64,000 nucleotides of DNA, taken from NCBI GenBank assembly GCA_963754925.1, contig CAVWHX010000005.1, forward strand, positions 1 to 64,000, in the 5' to 3' direction. Under the pieces are notes generated by a model that did no database searches, had not been told where the DNA came from, and saw only the letters and a list, made by a program, of their open reading frames with translations. Positions 52,557 through 64,000 of this stretch are shown one piece after another (position 1 is the first letter of the stretch; each line of letters opens with the position of its first letter). The stretch is from an uncultured delta proteobacterium (GTDB lineage Bacteria; Myxococcota; B64-G9). A program made the translations under genes and the position numbers.

Positions 52557-52696
52557 GAAAAGCAGAAAGTTGAGTGCGGAACGTCTGTCAAACAACCTGA
52601 CGACTCGTCGGAAAACCTTTTATGGTGATCCGGACAAACGAGTTGTCAAAGATTCCGAATCAATTTAAGAGCCATATATCTAGCTCTATTCAGTTT

Positions 52697-54265
<1,569 letters not shown>

Positions 54266-54539
54266 TGGAGCTTAACTCCCGCCTTCGGGCGGGAGAGCAT
54301 CCTAGGTCAGTACGCGCTTGACGATCTGCTTTTCGATTTTGAGGGACCGAGACCACAGGTACCCGGTTGGAAAACAACCGTTCATGTAGTCTGAGGTGCA
54401 CGAGGCCTTTTAAAGCAACGCGGATCGCCGCGTTTGGCGAGGAGGATACGAGGATGAAAGCGGAGCAACCTATGGTGGTTGTGAGCATTTCACCGGAATA
54501 TCCGACAAAGCCAGACGAGGCGAGGTGCGTTGCGTGTGA

Positions 54540-54613
<74 letters not shown>

Positions 54614-54635
54614 TTGGTCATTTACATGGAGTGAC

Positions 54636-54708
54636 GGGGCTGTAGCTCAGCTGGGAGAGCGCCAGCTTTGCAAGCTGGATGTCGTCGGTTCGAGCCCGAT
54701 CAGCTCCA
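54636..54708 (+). tRNA. tRNA-Ala (TGC)
   Basis: GGGGCTG/CAGCTCC acceptor, TTTGCAA anticodon loop. Confidence 0.97.
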
Positions 54709-54883
54709 TGGAATTTATTTTCGAGTTCGTTGCTCTTTGACAATTTGGCGAAGTAACAAAGCGTTCAATTTACGCTGAGTGAGGGTTAAAACAAGATATT
54801 ACTCTTGTTCTTAATTCTGACCATACACTTACTTGAACAGTATTATCTGTTTGGGATGTTGCCTTAAAGGAACATAGGTTTAT

Positions 54884-57961
<3,078 letters not shown>

Positions 57962-58071
57962 TATTTTTTTCTCTGGTTGATTAATAATTGATCAGGGAAA
58001 TGAATCCAACCAAGCGTATGGTCAGAGTTAAGCGCAAGAGTAGACACTTGCTTAGCATGTTGAACGCTTTG

Positions 58072-58182
58072 TTAGAGCCCGTTAGCGAACGTAGTGAGCT
58101 TTACGGGCTCTTATCCCCGAAGGGGATTAGAAATTCTAACTTCGCTTTACTCAGTAAGAATTTCTTGATCCCCGAAGGGGAT
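58072..58182 (-). repeat. Two tandem modular hairpin (REP-like) units in the 23S-5S spacer
   Basis: AGAGCCCGT..ACGGGCTCT and AGAAATTCT..AGAATTTCT stems, each followed by ATCCCCGAAGGGGAT. Confidence 0.88.
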
Positions 58183-58213
58183 GAAATCGCCAGACGCTCT
58201 CTGAAAAACAGGT

Positions 58214-58331
<118 letters not shown>

Positions 58332-58341
58332 TATTTTGAAT

Positions 58342-58378
58342 AAACGGACTAATTCGAAAGAATTGGTCCGTTTTTTTT
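58342..58378 (+). terminator. Intrinsic terminator of the rRNA operon
   Basis: CGGACTAATTC-GAAA-GAATTGGTCCG followed by T8. Confidence 0.9.
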
Positions 58379-58408
58379 GTTGGTGGATGGGTGGAGCGAA
58401 ACGTCCGC

Positions 58409-59971
58409 TCAGGGTGCAGGAGTGAGAGCCGTGGGCGGGATGACCTCGCGGATCTCATCCGGACGTTGCCAAAAAACGTATGCGATCGCTGTGTTCCCAC
58501 TGTTCCAATACTCCACTTCGAACGAGTAGGACGTTCCCTCCATCCAGGATACGGTTGCACAGTATTGGCCGGGGCCATTGTTCCATGCGTCCACGAGCAG
58601 CGCGCCGTCGACGAGAAGCCTCGCGCCGTCATCAACCTGCGCGCAGAGCACGTAGGAGCCAGTCAACGGAGGCGTGATCGTGCCCGTCCAGCGCGCAGAG
58701 AAAGACTGTGGCACACCCGCCATGGACGCCGCGGTCCACTCGAACTGGATCGAGGGGTCAACGCGGCTCGTGACGCGGTTCTCGAGATTGACGTCCGAGA
58801 AGTACGTGCCCGTAAGGCCTTGTTGCTCGGGCTTGTACGCCACGAGGTCTACCATGACTGCGTTGATCTGCGAGCAGTCGAGGGACGGACATACACCGGC
58901 CACGAACCGGTCCGGATTGGTGGGGTCGAACCCGAGCCCGCCCAAAACCGCGTAGCCCATATTCTCGAGGTTCCAGGGTTCGTTGACGAAGGTGACCCGG
59001 CGCTGGTCGGAGCCGTCCGCGGCCATGGTCCAGTAGTCCATGCCGCCGTTGGTCGCCTGGTAGGTGCGCGCGTACAGGATCCGGTCGCCGCGCGGCAGGT
59101 AGTAGGTGAACTCGTCGTAGTCCGCAAAGAACCCTGTGGCATCGTCGGGTCCCAGCTTCGTAAGTCGCGTAAAATCCGTGGAGACGGACCAGATCTTAGA
59201 ATAGGCGGGCCCCGGTGTCTGCATGTCGCTCGTGAAGAGGAAGCTCTGGTTATCAGGGGCAAAGCCATAGGGCTCGTAGAAGCGGCCCGCTTCCGGCTCG
59301 AAGGTTCGAATGTTGGTGAGCGAGGGGGTGCCGTTCGACCACGCGATGTCCCCGAGTTTGAGCGTCCAAAAGCCGAAGAATTCAACCAGGCCGGCTCCGC
59401 TGTACATCTGCGCCCAGACAATGGTATTTCCGGTGCGATCGAAACGCTGCCAGATGGTCCCCTGGTTTGCATCGACCGGGAGGTCGGTCAGAGGCCATGC
59501 CTGACTACCGTCGCTCGTGAGCAGCCAAATGTCGTTGAAGACGCCCTTGCCCGGATCGGTCTGCGAAGCGCCGATGGCGACGCCGGGGTGCGAGCCTTTT
59601 TCGACGGTGAGTAGAACGTAGTTGCCGTCGGGCGAGACGTCGCTCACGCCACGGCTGGTCGCCGCACCGACAGTAGGGAAGCTCGGAACGCTGCAGGTGA
59701 GGCAGACTTCGCCCGTGCCATCCGGGTTGGCAGCGTAAGCGTCCCATAGATTGTCGGCTCCGCGGCGGTTGAAAAGGATAACCCCCGTGGCCGAGTTCCA
59801 GGCCATCGGTGCTGTGTTCTGCTTCCATGGGGTCACCTGCTGTGACTGATACTCAAAGCCGGAATACGTAGGGTTTGGGGACGGCGTCCTACGCCCGCAC
59901 CCTACGAACCCCAGGGACAGAGCGGTGACGATAAGAGCAGGCGAAAGGCAACGTGGGATTAGAGTCGTCAT
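58409..59971 (-). CDS. Lipoprotein with TolB-like beta-propeller and C-terminal PA14 domain
   Basis: FVGC lipobox; SPDG/APD/ADGSDQRRVT propeller repeats; GLTGTYF, FSARWTG, DDGARL.VDG, VEYW. Confidence 0.85.
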   Translation of the reverse strand: MTTLIPRCLSPALIVTALSLGFVGCGRRTPSPNPTYSGFEYQSQQVTPWKQNTAPMAWNSATGVILFNRRGADNLWDAYAANPDGTGEVCLTCSVPSFPTVGAATSRGVSDVSPDGNYVLLTVEKGSHPGVAIGASQTDPGKGVFNDIWLLTSDGSQAWPLTDLPVDANQGTIWQRFDRTGNTIVWAQMYSGAGLVEFFGFWTLKLGDIAWSNGTPSLTNIRTFEPEAGRFYEPYGFAPDNQSFLFTSDMQTPGPAYSKIWSVSTDFTRLTKLGPDDATGFFADYDEFTYYLPRGDRILYARTYQATNGGMDYWTMAADGSDQRRVTFVNEPWNLENMGYAVLGGLGFDPTNPDRFVAGVCPSLDCSQINAVMVDLVAYKPEQQGLTGTYFSDVNLENRVTSRVDPSIQFEWTAASMAGVPQSFSARWTGTITPPLTGSYVLCAQVDDGARLLVDGALLVDAWNNGPGQYCATVSWMEGTSYSFEVEYWNSGNTAIAYVFWQRPDEIREVIPPTALTPAP

Positions 59972-60059
59972 GGAGAGGCTTCCTGATAGGGTGGATGGGT
60001 TTTCTGCATGCCCCCATCAAACGGGGTAATATCTTTTTATACGTATAAAGTATAGCGGC

Positions 60060-60098
60060 TCAGTAGACGTCTTTTCTCTGATCAATAGCTCTAATAAG
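60060..60098 (-). pseudogene. C-terminal remnant of a RelE-type toxin
   Basis: Reads LIRAIDQRKDVY* just downstream of an RHH antitoxin gene. Confidence 0.55.
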
Positions 60099-60122
60099 TG
60101 TCGCTTCGCTCACTAACAATCT

Positions 60123-60362
60123 CTAGATATGCCGGCCTCTATGGTTTTTGTAGTCTTCGATACCTCTCTTCATTGAATCCTTTAGCGCCGAATTGGAGTT
60201 AATCTCCGCCATTTCAAACTCATCGACAAATTCAATTTCATTGATATACCGCAACGCCGCTGTTTCAATAAAGTTTGAAATTGGCCTGTTTTCTTGTTCA
60301 GCAATCATCCTGAAGATTTTGTATATTCCATCGTGGAGCCTAAGGGTAACGACCTTCGCCAT
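60123..60362 (-). CDS. CopG/ribbon-helix-helix antitoxin-like protein
   Basis: AGGAGG RBS; KVVTLRL...AEQENRPISNFIE. Confidence 0.8.
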   Translation of the reverse strand: MAKVVTLRLHDGIYKIFRMIAEQENRPISNFIETAALRYINEIEFVDEFEMAEINSNSALKDSMKRGIEDYKNHRGRHI

Positions 60363-60410
60363 AAGACACCTCCTGAATACAATATATTTTCGAATGCTTA
60401 ATAGATCAAG

Positions 60411-60755
60411 TCAGAAGTAAAAGGCCCTCATGCACCGATGAAACTGTCTGAGCAATTGCCCCCTTCGGGGATAAGAGCCCGTAAGCTCACTTAGTTCGCT
60501 AACGGGCTCTAAGGTGGCGAAAGTAGGTCGCCGCCGGGATATTTTATATAGACGGACTAATTCGAATCCCCCTAAAGGGATAAGTGGCTGTAACGATCAC
60601 TTCGTTCGCTAACAGCCACTAACCCTTCGGGGATAAGAGCCCCTAAGCTTGCTTTGTATAAAACATTCTCTAACCCCTGTCGTTTCGCTCCAGGGATAAG
60701 AGCCCGTAAGCCTCACTTCGTGAGGCAACGGGCTCTAAAAGAATTGGTCCATTTT
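60411..60755 (+). pseudogene. Decayed copy of 5S rRNA 3' part plus terminator, interrupted by hairpin units at 60459-60512 and 60566-60738
   Basis: Colinear with 58260-58375 once the two inserts are removed. Confidence 0.9.
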
Positions 60756-60765
60756 ATTTATAGCA

Positions 60766-60792
60766 GTCATTCCCGCGCAGGCGGGAATACAG
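60766..60792. repeat. dRS3-like palindrome ATTCCC-N8-GGGAAT
   Basis: GTCATTCCCGCGCAGGCGGGAATAC. Confidence 0.7.
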
Positions 60793-60856
60793 AAAAGCAG
60801 AACAGATGGAGCGGACCGCAACGCGTCAATTAGGTTTGGAAGAATAGAGGATGTTT

Positions 60857-61111
60857 TTAGCCTATAAGTTTTTCGTATTCCGAGTGAGCCCCGATCCAAA
60901 ACCATAGCAAACCCTCAGGTATCTCAACCGCAAGGGCTCGGTAGCGGAGACCAACTCTCACGGATCGGTAAGTGCCTATTTTCTTGAAGTGAAGCGAAGG
61001 GTGCCGAAGGCTTAATTTGAGCAGTTTGAAATTCTGATCCGCCAGAGCACGAACTGAATCAGGTAATTGTTCGTAACAGTTCCAGAATTGGCGTGAGGTG
61101 AAATGCCTCAC
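60857..61111 (-). CDS. RelE/ParE-like toxin
   Basis: FW.CY..LP, HPSLHFKK, SVRVGLRYRALA, WFWIG.H.EY. Confidence 0.85.
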   Translation of the reverse strand: MRHFTSRQFWNCYEQLPDSVRALADQNFKLLKLSLRHPSLHFKKIGTYRSVRVGLRYRALAVEIPEGLLWFWIGAHSEYEKLIG

Positions 61112-61308
61112 AGTTCTTTGCTCCGACCTGCCTTGTGTTCCAAAATAGCTTTCTTAGCTAATGCATCAAGCTTTCCCGCGTGTACATCCTCTTCTATTTC
61201 TCGGTCCCATTCGTCAGAATCGTACTTGCGAAACCAGTTCCGGAAAGCAGCAAATTCTCGTCGACCAAGCTTTTTAATTTCGAGTTCCAGCTTTTCGACC
61301 TTTGACAT
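61108..61308 (-). CDS. Cognate small antitoxin
   Basis: GGAGG RBS; WDREIEED..AGKLDAL; 4-bp overlap with the toxin. Confidence 0.8.
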   Translation of the reverse strand: MSKVEKLELEIKKLGRREFAAFRNWFRKYDSDEWDREIEEDVHAGKLDALAKKAILEHKAGRSKEL

Positions 61309-61373
61309 AAAGCCTTACCTCCAAAATTAAGCTATCAGATTTTTAAACATTTTTCATAGAAGAAATTTTCCTA

Positions 61374-61480
61374 CCCATCCCGAACTCAGGCCCCTTCGGT
61401 CGTAACCGGATCTAAGGTGGGAAAGTAAGTCGCCGGCGGGAGATTTTTTTAAGTTAGACCGGTTCGAAAGAATTTGGATG
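61374..61480 (+). pseudogene. Second, more decayed 5S rRNA/terminator relic
   Basis: CCCATCCCGAACTC ... GGTGGGAAAGTAAGTCGCCGGCGGGA ... TTCGAAAGAATT. Confidence 0.8.
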
Positions 61481-61606
61481 TTCTTTACAGGTAACTTTTG
61501 TTTCATAAGATACTCAGTTGTAGTGGACTTGCGAAGATGGGCGATGCCTTATAAGAAATATAGACTTCAATTACTTCGAATCAACTTTATTTGTATTTTG
61601 AGTACG

Positions 61607-62017
61607 TTATATAGGTTTTACTAAATCGCCTACTTGAGATCCTTCGAATGGGATAGCTTTTGCTGGAAGAATTTCTTCAACTTCTCCTGGCACAAGACCG
61701 GCAAGCCATCCACCCAACGTACTTTGGTGTCTTACTCTTCTGACTGAACGTGAGGGCGAATCAATCATATCACTTCTGATAGTCGCAATAAATTCCTGTA
61801 AATGGGTTACACGTCCTGTTCCTTTGACAATTTCAAGTTTTTCCAGTACCAATTTTGTATTTGGATCAATAACTTCGTCGCCATATACATAAATTAAAAA
61901 ACGTTGGCCAGGTTTAATTCCGTCTTTTGCCCCTTTATTGATGACGATAGTATATTCATCAATTATCTTCGCAACCTTAATTTGTTGATTCTTGATATCA
62001 CTTGAATCATTCGTCAT
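61607..62017 (-). CDS. Hypothetical protein with FlgT-C-like beta domain
   Basis: VINKGAKDGIKPGQRFLIY..G.EVIDPNT...L pattern. Confidence 0.7.
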   Translation of the reverse strand: MTNDSSDIKNQQIKVAKIIDEYTIVINKGAKDGIKPGQRFLIYVYGDEVIDPNTKLVLEKLEIVKGTGRVTHLQEFIATIRSDMIDSPSRSVRRVRHQSTLGGWLAGLVPGEVEEILPAKAIPFEGSQVGDLVKPI

Positions 62018-62586
62018 AGCTCAACTCCTTCGACAAAACCTTCGGCAAAACCTTTTGGCAATGACGGTTTCACTAGAAGCTTAGGTAATATTTTTGCATC
62101 GTTTTGACATACTTTTTGCCACATTTCACTATATGTTTTTTCTATTTGATTAGTAACAAGAACTTGAATATAACCATTATCCTGGCGAGTAAGAATAAAA
62201 CCTAAACCGATAAACACTTCGAATTCCTCTTCAATATAATAAATGGAGACTATACTTTCGTGTCCATATAGATCGGAATTCTCAAGTAGCAATATGGTTA
62301 TTGCATCAGGATAAATTGGGGGTGGCTTATGAGCTTGTATAACATGAGGTAAAACGTGTTTTGCTTTTATAAAAAGTTTATATGATAGATCATAAAAAGT
62401 AATGATAAAAATTAGCATTATCACAATTATTGGTAGGATCACCTTCAATTGGACTGATGTCGTATCAGAAGAAAAATAGAAATAGATAAATCCTAGAATG
62501 AGAGCGATAAAAGTGAGGGGTACACCTCTTACCCTTATGAAAGATTCATAGAATTCTCGAAAAAAGCTATTCGTACCATGCATCAA
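62014..62586 (-). CDS. AT-rich two-TM hypothetical membrane protein
   Basis: Two hydrophobic helices then a soluble domain; ATGA overlap with the next gene. Confidence 0.75.
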   Translation of the reverse strand: MMHGTNSFFREFYESFIRVRGVPLTFIALILGFIYFYFSSDTTSVQLKVILPIIVIMLIFIITFYDLSYKLFIKAKHVLPHVIQAHKPPPIYPDAITILLLENSDLYGHESIVSIYYIEEEFEVFIGLGFILTRQDNGYIQVLVTNQIEKTYSEMWQKVCQNDAKILPKLLVKPSLPKGFAEGFVEGVEL

Positions 62587-62850
62587 GAATCAATATTCCT
62601 TTTAGTGCTAGGTTGCCTACAGGTTTTATACCTATTCAGCTCCTCAGTAACTCTGTTGACTCATAGGTGCAAAACGGTTGGAAGTGTCAACGATGTTTTA
62701 TAGGAATTCTAGCACTTGAAAATGCTGAGTCAAAAAAATAGATGGTAAATGTTTCGAAGGCTATTTAACCTAGGGTCCTAAAGGGTAAAAAAAAGACACT
62801 TGCTGTGATGTAAGCCCATGTAGAGAACCACTGGAAGGAGGACTATCGCA

Positions 62851-63132
62851 ATGCCGAATTTCATCAAAGCCGACAACGGCATGAACATATTCGGGCAGGG
62901 CATGGCCTGTCGCTTATGAGCGGGACGTGGGTCTATCTCGTGGTGGCGGTGGTGCTCTGCCTCGGCGTTGTGATCTTCATCCGGAAGGAAGAACGGGACC
63001 TGCTGCGGGTGTTCGGGGATGTAGAAATTCTTGCTGAGTAAAGCGAAGCTAGAATTTCTTATCCCCTTAGGGGATGAGTACCGGCGATACACGGCGCGGG
63101 TGCACCGGATCATCCCCTTGGTGAAGCCGTGA
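62851..63132 (+). pseudogene. Remnant of an ICMT/PEMT-family membrane methyltransferase interrupted by a 55-bp hairpin unit
   Basis: Removing 63021-63075 gives ...RKEERDLLRVFGDEYRRYTARVHRIIPLVKP*. Confidence 0.78.
63021..63075 (+). repeat. Single modular hairpin unit flanked by GGGGATG direct repeats
   Basis: Reverse-complement homolog of 58113-58170. Confidence 0.88.
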
Positions 63133-63254
63133 AGAGCGGTCGGCCGGGTACGATTCGAAGTTAGTCTAGCTTTCAGCAGGAGGGAGTGTTATGGGGAAGG
63201 GGAGTTTTTTTATTTTTCCATACATAAGTAGTTAATTCAGATAGGGAGAAGGGC

Positions 63255-64000
63255 ATGCTGATATCATTCGAACATAATAAACCAATTGAAAATTATATTA
63301 ACAATCTCTTCATAAAAGTTGTTATCGCGGTTTTCATAGGTCTTTCCATCGGCGGCTGTACCAAGCTCATGGATAGACATTTCAAGGCCAAGCTCGATGC
63401 CGCTCAGGGGAGCGTGAGCCTGCCCGGACTCAAGGAGCAGGTAAGCGTACGCCGGGATACCTATGGCATTCCTTTCGTTGAGGCGAACAACATGGAAGAC
63501 CTGGCCATGGCCATCGGGTACGTGCACGCGACCGACCGGCTCACCCAGATGATTGGAATGAAACTTGTTTCTCAAGGCCGGCTATCCGAAATGGCGGGAC
63601 CCTCCACGCTTAATCTGGATATTTACCTGCGCACGTTAAACCTCAAGCAAGCGGCTGAAAACATGTATAAGAATATAAGCCCCGAAAGGTTGCATCTGTT
63701 GAATCGCTACGGTGATGGGGTGAATGCCTATATCAACGCTCATAAAGACAACCTGCCGCCGGGTTTGGCCCTGGCCGGTTATACCCCCGAACCCTGGCAG
63801 CCGATAGATTCGTTGATGATTTTCACGTTGGTAACCCTTTCGTTATCTAGTAACCTTCACGAGGAAATCGCCGCATTGATTATCGCTCAGACCATCGGCC
63901 CCGACAAGACCGCCTGGCTGCTGCCCATTTATCCGGATGAGCCGATTCCCTTTGATGAAATGGAAAAGCTCAAGGGAATCGATCTCAAGAACGCGGCCAA
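63255..64000 (+). CDS. Penicillin acylase family (peptidase S45) protein, N-terminal part, runs off the window
   Basis: Hand translation: IGGC lipobox, LPGLKEQVSVRRDTYGIPFVEA...AIGYVHATDRLTQM, Y.DGVNAYI, PEPWQPIDS. Confidence 0.92.
   Translation, partial: MLISFEHNKPIENYINNLFIKVVIAVFIGLSIGGCTKLMDRHFKAKLDAAQGSVSLPGLKEQVSVRRDTYGIPFVEANNMEDLAMAIGYVHATDRLTQMIGMKLVSQGRLSEMAGPSTLNLDIYLRTLNLKQAAENMYKNISPERLHLLNRYGDGVNAYINAHKDNLPPGLALAGYTPEPWQPIDSLMIFTLVTLSLSSNLHEEIAALIIAQTIGPDKTAWLLPIYPDEPIPFDEMEKLKGIDLKNAA

Noticed and set aside
60459..60738. CRISPR-like array (short palindromic repeat alternating with ~40-nt spacers)
   Set aside because: The repeats are only ~15 bp and variable, the spacers are self-complementary and recur elsewhere, and there are no cas genes. 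Better explained as stacked REP-like units.

Overview
64 kb of bacterial chromosome. The 16S sequence and gene content suggest a deltaproteobacterial (Desulfobacterota/Myxococcota-like) organism. Scattered core genes (typA, fadD-like ligase, acyl-CoA dehydrogenase, MFS transporter, nitroreductase, tRNA-Leu, a complete 16S-Ile-Ala-23S-5S rRNA operon) are interleaved with many accessory genes: Cys-rich, Ig-like, Kelch and PA14 secreted lipoproteins, membrane glycosyltransferases, a heavy-metal RND pump, a sigma54 two-component pair and three toxin-antitoxin loci. The most notable structures are: (1) a 4342-bp IS1595-family element with 23-bp terminal inverted repeats and an 8-bp target duplication, carrying a type IIG restriction-modification gene, with its empty site preserved in a nearby duplicate; (2) two decayed copies of the 5S rRNA 3' end plus terminator, which bracket accessory cassettes and suggest 5S is an integration hotspot; (3) a family of modular double-hairpin mini-elements inserted into those 5S relics, the 23S-5S spacer and a methyltransferase remnant; (4) a recurring pattern of 120-310 bp chromosomal direct repeats bracketing accessory genes, one abutting a tyrosine-integrase relic. 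Six genes carry single-base frameshifts, probably at least partly long-read assembly errors.
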